From assembly GCA_050946255.1 (NCBI GenBank), contig JBMNUL010000003.1, forward strand, positions 1 through 50,814: a DNA stretch of 50,814 nt, given 5' to 3'. The position numbers were made by a program, and so were the translations under genes. This DNA is from Coriobacteriales bacterium. GTDB taxonomy: Bacteria; Actinomycetota; Coriobacteriia; Coriobacteriales; CADBOM01. Below the pieces are notes generated by a model that was not told the DNA's origin, made no database searches, and saw only the letters and a program-made list of their open reading frames with translations. Of this stretch, positions 9,023 through 17,520 are shown in pieces; the stretch's first letter is position 1, and every line of letters starts with the position of its first letter.

Positions 9023-10905
9023 GGTGCAACCAGATCATGGCTGGGCAGACTCCCGATTACGGAACACCGGGCAAAGAGGATTTCGACCCCAGGATCGAGG
9101 ATCTTGCAAGGAGAATCATCTCCGAATGCCGTGTCAACCTCATGATGGCCTTCCGATTCCTCGATGCCGCACTTTGGAAGATGCCGCTGGTTGCACGTGA
9201 GCTGTCCAAGCCGATCTCAACCGATTGTCATGCCCTGTACTTCAACCCTCCCCTTGTGGTCGAGACGTTCCGCGAAAACCCCAATGCAATAGTTCGCACG
9301 CTCCTGCACTCGATTTTGCACTGCGTTTTCAGGCACCCCTTGGTCAGAGAGAGGTTCGAACCCGGCCTCTGGTCGCTCTCCTGCGATGTCTGCATCGAAT
9401 CGATTGCGCTCGAGATGCTATCGGAGAGATTCGCGCTGCCAGACGACGGCCCTCGGAAAAACCTTATAGATGAAGTTCAGAAGGCCCTTGGCACCACCAC
9501 CCCAATGAAGGTGTACAACTCGCTGGAGAAGATGGAGCTCGGAATCGGCTCCGTGAACAACGTGCTCATGCAGCAGCTTCTGCAGTTCTCAGAATCGTTT
9601 CGAGCCGACAGCCACGAGACCTGGCTCCTCCGCAAACGTGAAGAGGAGAGCCCCGAGGTGCCCCAAGAGGATGGGGACCAGGGCGATGGAGACGGAGACG
9701 ACGGTGCAGAAGGTTCAGGAAATTCTGCGGAGAGCGGTTCGAAACCAGACGACGAAGGCGATCAAGACTCGGGAGATGGCAACTCCAGCCAGGGCAACAC
9801 CGAGGAAGAGGCTGGAGAGAGCCCTGATGACGGCGGAGAATCGGACGAGGAAGATTCTGAATCCTCCGACGGAGGCGAAGCTCGTCAGGGTGGCGACCAG
9901 GAGGAAGAGGGCCGTTCTGGTTCATCTGAGGATGAGTACGCTGACTCAAACGATGACAGCGGCAGGGCCGGAGCCAACGGCGCCGCCTCAGAAGAAGACG
10001 ACGAAGATGGGCAGGACGGCTATTCATTCGGCAAGGGAGATTCCCGGGATGAAGATGACCTGTCTGGCATGGGTGCGGGAAATGGAACCGGCTCGGAGGG
10101 TGAGGGCAACATCCAATATGAAGAGGGAGAGCTGCGTGACCCAGTTGGCCCAGATCACGATGAAGAGGACTGGGAGCGCATCGCCCAACAGGTGCAGGTG
10201 GACCTCGAGACTCTCTCCAAGAGACGGGGCGAAGGCGCCGGAACTTTGATGGCGAATCTCGAACTTGCCAACAGGTCCACAGTAGACTACGAGGACTTCC
10301 TCAGAAGATTTGCCACGATGTCGGAGGAAATGACCCTGAACGATGAGGAGTTCGACTACATCTTCTACACCTATGGGATAAACCGATATGGCAACGTCGC
10401 CCTGATAGAGCCTCTCGAATACAAGGACACCAAGCGTGTTCGTGACTTCGTGATAGCTGTCGACACCTCGGGCTCAACTGAGGGCGAGCTCGTGCGGAGG
10501 TTCCTCACCAGCACCTACGAGATTCTCTGCGAGGCGAGCTCTTTTGGCAGCAAGGTCAACATCCACATCATCCAGTGCGATGCGGAGGTGCGCAAAGACG
10601 ACAAAATCGAGGATCTGGCGCAATTCCGGCAATTCGTGAGGAGCTTCAACGTGGCAGGTGGTGGAGGGACGGACTTCAGGCCGGTATTTGCCTACGTGAA
10701 CCAACTTGTGGAACAGGACGAGTTCGACGACCTCCAGGGTCTCATCTACTTCACCGATGGGTACGGGGTCTTCCCAGAGCGAAAACCCGACTACGAGACC
10801 GCTTTCGTCTTCGTGGAGGAAAACGGTGAGGAGCGCCGCGTGCCGCCGTGGGCGATGAAGGTCTTGATCACAGGAGAGGACATCCGGGAGATGGCGGCGA
10901 GATGA
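9019..10905 (+). CDS. DUF2201-type protein: N-terminal zincin-like domain, acidic linker, C-terminal vWA (MIDAS) domain
   Basis: LLHSILHCVFRH (HExxH-like), a D/E/G/S-rich linker, then IAVDTSGS (DxSxS), GGGGTDF and YFTDG. The start is either the GTG at 9019 overlapping the LRR stop, or the ATG at 9037 after SD GAGGTG. Confidence 0.88.
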   Translation: MRCNQIMAGQTPDYGTPGKEDFDPRIEDLARRIISECRVNLMMAFRFLDAALWKMPLVARELSKPISTDCHALYFNPPLVVETFRENPNAIVRTLLHSILHCVFRHPLVRERFEPGLWSLSCDVCIESIALEMLSERFALPDDGPRKNLIDEVQKALGTTTPMKVYNSLEKMELGIGSVNNVLMQQLLQFSESFRADSHETWLLRKREEESPEVPQEDGDQGDGDGDDGAEGSGNSAESGSKPDDEGDQDSGDGNSSQGNTEEEAGESPDDGGESDEEDSESSDGGEARQGGDQEEEGRSGSSEDEYADSNDDSGRAGANGAASEEDDEDGQDGYSFGKGDSRDEDDLSGMGAGNGTGSEGEGNIQYEEGELRDPVGPDHDEEDWERIAQQVQVDLETLSKRRGEGAGTLMANLELANRSTVDYEDFLRRFATMSEEMTLNDEEFDYIFYTYGINRYGNVALIEPLEYKDTKRVRDFVIAVDTSGSTEGELVRRFLTSTYEILCEASSFGSKVNIHIIQCDAEVRKDDKIEDLAQFRQFVRSFNVAGGGGTDFRPVFAYVNQLVEQDEFDDLQGLIYFTDGYGVFPERKPDYETAFVFVEENGEERRVPPWAMKVLITGEDIREMAAR

Positions 10906-11018
10906 TCGATGCGCAGGCCGCACCGAGAAAGCAAGAGCCGGTACTATGTAAGCAGAATCCGATACCATGTCGACGGAAACCGGCACCAGGAGCAGAAAGT
11001 TTTGCAGGAGGGATCTAG

Positions 11019-12539
11019 ATGAACATCGCAGAGGCGAAGGAGCAGGTCAAGACGACCGTCCGCGCATATCTGGAGAAAGACGAGCTCGGGTTTTTCCGAA
11101 TCCGTCCCGCCAACCAGAGACCGGTGTTCCTGATCGGCGCGCCGGGAATCGGGAAAACCGCGATCATGGAACAGATTGCCTCTGAGCTGGGAATAGGGCT
11201 CGTGAGCTATTCGATGACCCACCACACCCGTCAATCTGCTCTTGGCCTTCCGATGATCGTTCACCGCAAGCTCTCGGACGGAACGGAATTCGACATCTCC
11301 GAGTACACGATGAGCGAGATCATCGGCTCCATCTACGACTACCGAGAGGAAACGGGGCTTGAGAACGGAATTCTATTCCTGGACGAGATCAACTGCGTAT
11401 CGGAGACCCTCTACCCATCTATGCTCCAGTTCCTGCAGTTCAAGACATTTGGGAGGCACAAGGTCCCAGATGGATGGATCGTGGTCTGCGCTGGCAATCC
11501 CCCCGAGTACAACCGCTCTGTGCATGAGTTCGACATCGTGACGCTCGACCGTATGCGCAAAATCGAGGTGGAACCAGATTACGAGACATGGAAGGACTAC
11601 GCTCGCACCACCAACGTGCACCCCGCGATTCTCACATACCTAGACGTGAGACCCGAAGACTTCTATGTGGTTGAGAGCACGCCGGAGGGCAAGAGCTTCG
11701 TGAGCGCCCGAGGGTGGAGCGACCTCTCCGTTTACATAAAGCTGCTCGAGGACCTTGGGTGCCCGGTCGACAAGGACGTGGTCTCCCAGTTCCTGCAGCA
11801 TGAGGAGGTGGCCGAGAGATTCGCCGCCTACTACGACCTGTTCGACAAGTACAAGAGCGATTATCAAATCGAATCGATCTTGAACGGCACTGCGCCAGAG
11901 ACGATTGCAGAGAGGGCGAAGGCGGCCGAATTCGACGAGCGCCTTGCCCTGCTGGGTCTAATTCTCGACAGGATCTGCGGAGACATGCGAACGGTCCTCG
12001 AGCAACTGGACATGCTCACCGACGTCCGGGATGACCTGCGCGCTTCCAAAGCCGAGATACTTGATTCTGCAGATTCAGCAAGCGCAGCTTCTGCAATTGA
12101 CGAATGCATCTCCTCCCATAACGAAAGGGCGCAGAGGGCAAATCGAACCGGAGTCGGTCTGGATGCGGCACGGAAAGAGCAGCAGGCCATAAATCTTCTG
12201 AAGGAGCTAAAGGAATCGATTGGGAACAAGAAGGGCCAGGAGGCTTTCAACGCCGTCGAATCATCGTTTGAGATGAAAGGTGACGAGATGAAGGACGCGT
12301 CCGACAGCACGTCGACGATGCTGGACAATGCCTTCGAGTTCATTGAGAGGACCTTTGGAAATGAACGCGAGATGCTCGTGTTCGTAACTGAGCTCACCGC
12401 CAGATGGGAAAGCTCGCAGTTCATTGGCAGGTTCGGCTCCGATAGCTACTATGCCCACAACCAGGACCTCATGGTGGAGCGCACCCGCGACGAGCTTTTC
12501 AGGGAAATCGACGATATCGCATCTGGCAATCGCGACTGA
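11019..12539 (+). CDS. MoxR-like AAA+ ATPase with a C-terminal helical/coiled-coil extension
   Basis: Walker A GAPGIGKT, Walker B LFLDEIN, sensor-1 CAGNPPEY, LDRM arginine finger, SARGW sensor-2. SD GGAGG. Confidence 0.9.
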   Translation: MNIAEAKEQVKTTVRAYLEKDELGFFRIRPANQRPVFLIGAPGIGKTAIMEQIASELGIGLVSYSMTHHTRQSALGLPMIVHRKLSDGTEFDISEYTMSEIIGSIYDYREETGLENGILFLDEINCVSETLYPSMLQFLQFKTFGRHKVPDGWIVVCAGNPPEYNRSVHEFDIVTLDRMRKIEVEPDYETWKDYARTTNVHPAILTYLDVRPEDFYVVESTPEGKSFVSARGWSDLSVYIKLLEDLGCPVDKDVVSQFLQHEEVAERFAAYYDLFDKYKSDYQIESILNGTAPETIAERAKAAEFDERLALLGLILDRICGDMRTVLEQLDMLTDVRDDLRASKAEILDSADSASAASAIDECISSHNERAQRANRTGVGLDAARKEQQAINLLKELKESIGNKKGQEAFNAVESSFEMKGDEMKDASDSTSTMLDNAFEFIERTFGNEREMLVFVTELTARWESSQFIGRFGSDSYYAHNQDLMVERTRDELFREIDDIASGNRD

Positions 12540-12563
12540 TTGCAACAGGCAGACGCCTGAGCC

Positions 12564-13268
12564 TCATTCGGAACGTGCCAAGTCAGAAAGAGACGCGGTG
12601 TCGACCAGCTTAATCATGCCCCGCGACAGCTCGACCAGCCCTTCCTGCGAGAAATACTTCAGCATGCGGGAGACGACCTCCCGAGCACTGCCAAGCTCGG
12701 AGGCGATCTGCTCGTGGGTTCGCCTGACCACCAGAGTTCCATCAGCCTCATCCGGTTCCGCAGCTTCGAGCAGGAAGTTTGCCAGCCTCTTGTCGAAGCT
12801 CACGAACAGCACTTGGTAGAACACCCACATCACCTCGGAGAACCTCAGCGCGGTCTGCTCATAGGAATAGGCCTTGACCTGCACATTCTGCATCAGCGAT
12901 TGAAACACGTCGGAGGGGATTACGAGAAGCTCGGAATCTGCCAGGACGTCTATGCAGATATCGAAGTCGATGGAAAGCAGCGCGCATGAAGCCGAGAGAA
13001 CGCAGTTCTCGTTTGGGAAAATGTGGAAGAGGGAGATGGAGCGTCCGTTCTGCGCGGTCATCGAGGCCCTCAGCTCACCGGAGAGCAGGAAGATGACCCC
13101 CACGCAGTCGTTGCCGCCATATTGCACAACCTGCCCTGTCTCATATGAATGGAAACTGGCTGTTTGGAGGACCATCGCCTTTTCTGTAGAGGCCAGCTCA
13201 TCCCAAACTGGAAGCTGTGAGCGCATGACCCCCTCGATATCTTCTTCGCTGCGTTTGGGAATGCCCAT
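12564..13268 (-). CDS. Crp/Fnr family transcriptional regulator
   Basis: cNMP-binding-like beta-barrel (FLLSGELRAS...ENCVLSASC) and HTH THEQIASELGSAREVVSRMLKYF. Start re-called to ATG 13268 (SD AGGAG); the ORF track's 13637 start runs through intergenic repeats. Confidence 0.9.
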   Translation of the reverse strand: MGIPKRSEEDIEGVMRSQLPVWDELASTEKAMVLQTASFHSYETGQVVQYGGNDCVGVIFLLSGELRASMTAQNGRSISLFHIFPNENCVLSASCALLSIDFDICIDVLADSELLVIPSDVFQSLMQNVQVKAYSYEQTALRFSEVMWVFYQVLFVSFDKRLANFLLEAAEPDEADGTLVVRRTHEQIASELGSAREVVSRMLKYFSQEGLVELSRGMIKLVDTASLSDLARSE

Positions 13269-13399
13269 GTGAGACTCCTGCTCTTCAAATTGCTGAAACG
13301 GTACTGGAAACGGCCTTGCCGCCTTACAAGGTGAATCGCTAGCCACAGACGAATTGCCGTACCTTGATTTTACAATGAGAGCGGCCTGACTCACCGCAT

Positions 13400-13508
13400 G
13401 AGGTGCCCATGCACCGTCATGCACATCGCCGAGGTGCCCATGCACCGTCCCGCGCATCACCGTCTGGGATGCCCATGCCTGCGCATCGCCGCCTGGGATG
13501 CTCACGCC
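13400..13508. repeat. Degenerate intergenic tandem duplications (31-bp and 29-bp periods)
   Basis: GAGGTGCCCATGCACCGTC at 13400 and 13431; GCGCATCRCCGYCTGGGATGCYCAYGCC at 13452 and 13481. Confidence 0.75.
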
Positions 13509-13658
13509 CCTTCCCGCGCACCGCTCGTCTCTTGCGCGATATTCCCAATGTCCACGGGATATAATCAGTTGAAGCTCCGCCATATGGTAAAGCCGGCCGA
13601 TTCGACCCGGCTCTGCCCGGACGAGCCTGGATGGCACGCCCGACCGAAAGGAAAAACC

Positions 13659-15023
13659 TTGGAAATCACGCCTGAAGAAGTTGCCGAGACGCTATCTATG
13701 ATCACCCAGCAGAGCCTGGACATCCGCACAATCACTATGGGGATAAACACCAGGGGCTGCTCGAACTCCAACATGAAGAAGCTCTGCACCAACCTCTACG
13801 ATCATCTCACCCACACGGCCGAGAATTTGGTGGAAGTTGCTACGCAGCTGGAGCGCGAATACGGAGTTCCAATCGCCAACAAGCGCATTTCCGTAACCCC
13901 AACCGCCGAGGTTTGCGCGGCCCTAGAAGACGAGGACCTGACGCCGGTGGCAATTGCCCTCGACCGGGCGGGAAAAGAGGTCGGAGTCGACTTCGTGGGA
14001 GGCTTTTCCGCACTCGTCCAAAAGGGAATGAGCAAGGCGGATAAAAAGCTCATCCAGTCCATCCCCTCTGCGATGGATGCAACCGAGCGCGTCTGCTCGT
14101 CTGTCAACGTGGCATCGACCAGAGCTGGAATAAACATGGACGCCGTCCTGGCGATGAGCGAAACGGTGATGAAGACCGCCGAGATCACACGCGACCGCGA
14201 CTGCGTTGGATGCGCCAAGCTCGTGGTGTTCGCGAACTCTGTGGAGGACAACCCGTTCATGGCCGGCGCGATGCACGGCTCTGGCGAGGGCGACAAGGTG
14301 ATTAACGTGGGGGTTTCCGGTCCTGGAGTGGTGCGCTCCGTCCTGCATTCGATGGGACCAGATGCAGATCTCACTCAGGTTGCCGAGGCCATCAAGGCCA
14401 CCGCGTTTCGCATCACGAGGCTTGGCGAGCTGATCGCACGCGAAGCTTCCAAGAGGCTGGATGCGCAGATGGGCATCCTGGACCTCTCTCTTGCCCCAAC
14501 TCCCGCTCCAGGAGATTCGGTGGCGCAGATTCTCGAGGAGATCGGCGTTGGCCAGGCAGGAGGCCCCGGCACGACCTGCGCTCTCGCGCTGCTAAACGAT
14601 GCGGTGAAGAAGGGCGGGGTGATGGCCTCTTCGACAGTTGGAGGACTTTCGGGAGCATTCATCCCGGTGTCAGAGGACCAGGGCATGATCGATGCCGCCG
14701 AGAGCGGGGCGCTTTCGATTGAGAAGCTAGAGGCCATGACCTGCGTGTGCTCTGTTGGCCTCGACATGATCGCGGTTCGAGGAGACATTGACGTGGAGAC
14801 GATCTTCGGAATCATCGCCGACGAGATGGCAATCGGCGTGATCAACAACAAGACCACGGCCGTGAGGCTCATTCCGGCACTTGGCAAGAAGGCCGGAGAG
14901 AGACTGGAGTTCGGTGGTCTGCTCGGAAGCGCGCCGATCATGGACGTCAATCGATATGCTGGAAAGGTTCTCGCGCATCGTGGAGGCCGTTTCCCAGCGC
15001 CCATCAACAGCCTCAAGAACTAG
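13659..15023 (+). CDS. DUF711 / UPF0210 (PFL-like fold) family protein
   Basis: [55 protein letters not shown] and [11 protein letters not shown]. Start re-called to TTG 13659 after SD GAAAGGA, giving 454 aa. Confidence 0.9.
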   Translation: MEITPEEVAETLSMITQQSLDIRTITMGINTRGCSNSNMKKLCTNLYDHLTHTAENLVEVATQLEREYGVPIANKRISVTPTAEVCAALEDEDLTPVAIALDRAGKEVGVDFVGGFSALVQKGMSKADKKLIQSIPSAMDATERVCSSVNVASTRAGINMDAVLAMSETVMKTAEITRDRDCVGCAKLVVFANSVEDNPFMAGAMHGSGEGDKVINVGVSGPGVVRSVLHSMGPDADLTQVAEAIKATAFRITRLGELIAREASKRLDAQMGILDLSLAPTPAPGDSVAQILEEIGVGQAGGPGTTCALALLNDAVKKGGVMASSTVGGLSGAFIPVSEDQGMIDAAESGALSIEKLEAMTCVCSVGLDMIAVRGDIDVETIFGIIADEMAIGVINNKTTAVRLIPALGKKAGERLEFGGLLGSAPIMDVNRYAGKVLAHRGGRFPAPINSLKN

Positions 15024-15071
15024 GACGCTCCACGCGCTGTTTCCCAGCGCCCACCAACAGCCTCAAGAACT
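14989..15071 (+). repeat. 33-bp duplication of the DUF711 gene 3' end
   Basis: GTTTCCCAGCGCCCAYCAACAGCCTCAAGAACT at 14989-15021 and 15039-15071 (1 mismatch, 50-bp period). Confidence 0.9.
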
Positions 15072-15102
15072 TGGAAGCACCAAGCGGGGTTTCGCTTCCA
15101 AG
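15070..15102. terminator. Stem-loop between the convergent DUF711 and gtrA genes
   Basis: CTTGGAAGC (15070-15078) ... GCTTCCAAG (15094-15102). No clear U-tract. Confidence 0.4.
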
Positions 15103-15249
15103 CGCCGTCTGTCGCAAAGGCAGCGGAAAGACAATGATGCCCCTCAGGACTCTCTAGGGGCAGAAAGACTCTCCAATGCCAGCAAGGATCATCCGATGCC
15201 AGAAAAAAATCGTTCGGCACCAGAAAGGCTCATCCGGTGACAGCAAGGC

Positions 15250-15774
15250 TCATCCACGCGTTTCGGAATTGCCGGGGTTCTCGACACCGCTCTCGGTCAC
15301 GGGTAATTCGGTGCGCCTCTCCGCTGCGCCCAATTCAACAGGGACATCTTTTTCATAAGCCCTATGGAAATGGAACCTGCCCTCGAGAAACAGCTTTCTC
15401 GTGACGAAATTGAAGACCCCGACGATCGGCCCGACGATGCACTTGCTCAGCATGTAGTAGATGCCGACGATGTCTACAAAAGACCAGAGCAACAGCTGGT
15501 TGAGCCCCAAGCCGATCAAAGACATTCCGAAGTAGACGGAGAATCTGAAGGCCCCGACCTTCTTGCCCCCAGTGTCGTATACCCATCTCTCGCTGAGAAA
15601 ATAGCTGTAGACGATTGAGGTGGAGAAGGATATCGCGTTGCTCACCAGATACTGAAGCCCGCCGAATTCCGTGAGGACGAAGAGGAGACCCGCGTCGATG
15701 CAGAAAGCGGAGACCCCCACGACCGTGAACCTCAGCCCTTGATGGAGAAGCTTCACCTGCCACCGGTTTTCCAC
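15250..15774 (-). CDS. GtrA family membrane protein
   Basis: Four hydrophobic segments with GtrA motifs: RFTVVGVSAFCIDAG, YLVSNAISF...SYFLSERWVY, FNFVTRKLFL. Confidence 0.85.
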   Translation of the reverse strand: MENRWQVKLLHQGLRFTVVGVSAFCIDAGLLFVLTEFGGLQYLVSNAISFSTSIVYSYFLSERWVYDTGGKKVGAFRFSVYFGMSLIGLGLNQLLLWSFVDIVGIYYMLSKCIVGPIVGVFNFVTRKLFLEGRFHFHRAYEKDVPVELGAAERRTELPVTESGVENPGNSETRG

Positions 15775-15790
15775 GATCTGCCCCCGAAAC

Positions 15791-16396
15791 CTAATCGGAT
15801 ATCCTCACTTTGCGCCCTTCGACACGTACCTTTCCCTGTGCCAGGAGCTGAACGACCTCGGGATATAGCTGGTGCTCGGTTTCGTGGATCCTGGCTTCCA
15901 GAGTCTCCAACGTATCGTTCTCAAGAACAGGAACCGCGCGCTGTGCGATGATCGGGCCAGCATCCATATCGGCGTTGGCGAAATGCACGGTTACGCCAGT
16001 GACCTTCACGCCATGCTCGAATGCATCCGCAATTCCATGGGCACCCGGGAAGGACGGCAGGAGCGCAGGGTGCAAGTTGACGATCTTGTTGGGAAATGCC
16101 CGCAGAAGGGGGCCTCCAACCATGCGCATGTATCCGGCCATTATCACGTAGTCGGCACCTTTTGCGAGAAGCGCGTCCGCGATTTTCCTGTCCGCAGCAT
16201 CTGGGTCATCGTAGTCGGAGGGGCGGAGCGCCATGGTCTCGATTCCAGCCGCTTCCGCGCGCTGCAGCCCATAAGCGCTCTCATTCGAAGAGACCACCAG
16301 GACGATCTTCGCATCGAGCTTTCCGGCCTCGATATTGTCTATCAGCGCTTGCAGATTTGTCCCGCTGCCGGATATCAGAACTCCAATCCCAATCAC
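15791..16396 (-). CDS. purN: Phosphoribosylglycinamide formyltransferase
   Basis: GVLISGSGTNLQA, MAGYMR, NLHPALLPSFPG, GVTVHF, DAGPIIAQ. Confidence 0.97.
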   Translation of the reverse strand: MIGIGVLISGSGTNLQALIDNIEAGKLDAKIVLVVSSNESAYGLQRAEAAGIETMALRPSDYDDPDAADRKIADALLAKGADYVIMAGYMRMVGGPLLRAFPNKIVNLHPALLPSFPGAHGIADAFEHGVKVTGVTVHFANADMDAGPIIAQRAVPVLENDTLETLEARIHETEHQLYPEVVQLLAQGKVRVEGRKVRISD

Positions 16397-17520
16397 AGGG
16401 CCTCACCAGTTTCAACGTCGATATAGGTGACCTTGCCCTTCGCGTCTGGGTCGGGACCCTTGACCACGCTTCCGATCACATAGGGCTCTTCGCCCTCCAT
16501 GGCGAAGTGCTCCATAACGTCTGCCAGGGAATCCGGTGGGCAGATTATGCACATGCCGATGCCGGAGTTGAGCGTCTTGAGCTGCTCTCGGAGGCTCAGC
16601 CTGGCCGCCTTAGCAACCATGCGAACGATCCTGGGCTCTGGCCAGCTGCCAACCCTGACCTGCGCATCCAATCCCCTGGGAAGCGCACGGTCGAGATTCT
16701 CGGTGATGCCTCCCCCGGTGATGTGAGCGCAGGCATGAATCGGAACTCTGTATTTCAACGCCGACAGAATCGGCTTCACGTAAATCTTCGTGGGCTCCAG
16801 CAACGCCTCGCCTATCGATTTCCCGGCAAGGAAATCATCTGGCGCCTTGAGCTTCTCGTCGTCGATCTGGTCGAGCAGGACCTTGCGCACAAGAGAGTAG
16901 CCGTTCGAGTGAATTCCAGATGAGGCCAGCCCCACGATGGAATCTCCCTCTTGCACGAGGTCAGGGCCTATCATCTTCGGCCTGTCGACCACTCCAACGC
17001 AGAAGCCGGAGAGGTCGTAATCTCCAATCGCCATGACCCCTGGATGCTCTGCCATCTCGCCCCCGATAAGCGCGCATCCGGCTTGCCTGCATCCCTCCGC
17101 AACGCCCTCGACAATCGATCCCACGAAATCTGCCTCGAGATGCTCGATGGCGATGTAATCGAGGAAGAACAGGGGTTCCGCACCGCAGACCACGACATCG
17201 TTTGCGCACATCGCCACAAGATCGATTCCAACGGTATTGTTGATTCCCAAACGCTGGGCGAGCTTGAGCTTGGTGCCAACTCCATCGGTGCCGGAGACCA
17301 GAATCGGGTCTTCCATGTCCTTGAAGGCCGCAGCAGAGAAAAGCCCGCCGAATCCGCCCAGGCCTCCGATCACCTCGGGCCTGTTCGTAGATGCAACCGC
17401 GTCCTTGATCCTATCCACAGCACGTGCACCCTCTGCGGTGTTCACTCCCGCGTCCTCGTAGGTTATCTGCTTGCCGCCTTCGCCGTTCTCAATTTCGGCT
17501 TTGCCGTTGACATCAGGCAT
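16393..17520 (-). CDS. purM: Phosphoribosylformylglycinamidine cyclo-ligase (AIR synthetase)
   Basis: TYEDAGV, GGLGGFGG, TDGVGTK, LIGGEMAEHPG, SSGIHSNGYSL, HITGGG. Start taken as ATG 17520, overlapping the purF stop. Confidence 0.97.
   Translation of the reverse strand: MPDVNGKAEIENGEGGKQITYEDAGVNTAEGARAVDRIKDAVASTNRPEVIGGLGGFGGLFSAAAFKDMEDPILVSGTDGVGTKLKLAQRLGINNTVGIDLVAMCANDVVVCGAEPLFFLDYIAIEHLEADFVGSIVEGVAEGCRQAGCALIGGEMAEHPGVMAIGDYDLSGFCVGVVDRPKMIGPDLVQEGDSIVGLASSGIHSNGYSLVRKVLLDQIDDEKLKAPDDFLAGKSIGEALLEPTKIYVKPILSALKYRVPIHACAHITGGGITENLDRALPRGLDAQVRVGSWPEPRIVRMVAKAARLSLREQLKTLNSGIGMCIICPPDSLADVMEHFAMEGEEPYVIGSVVKGPDPDAKGKVTYIDVETGEAL

Noticed and set aside
6916-12563. Triad as a bounded mobile element
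   Set aside because: No integrase, transposase, tRNA, terminal repeats or obvious compositional shift was seen.
13441-13650. Possible ZTP riboswitch upstream of DUF711 (CGCCTGGG present)
   Set aside because: The motif lies inside a tandem duplication and there is no upstream GACUGGCG partner.
13269-13658. N-terminal extensions of the Crp ORF (to 13637) and the DUF711 ORF (from 13398) in the ORF track
   Set aside because: The extensions overlap each other, run through repeats and lack homology. SD-supported starts are at 13268 and 13659.
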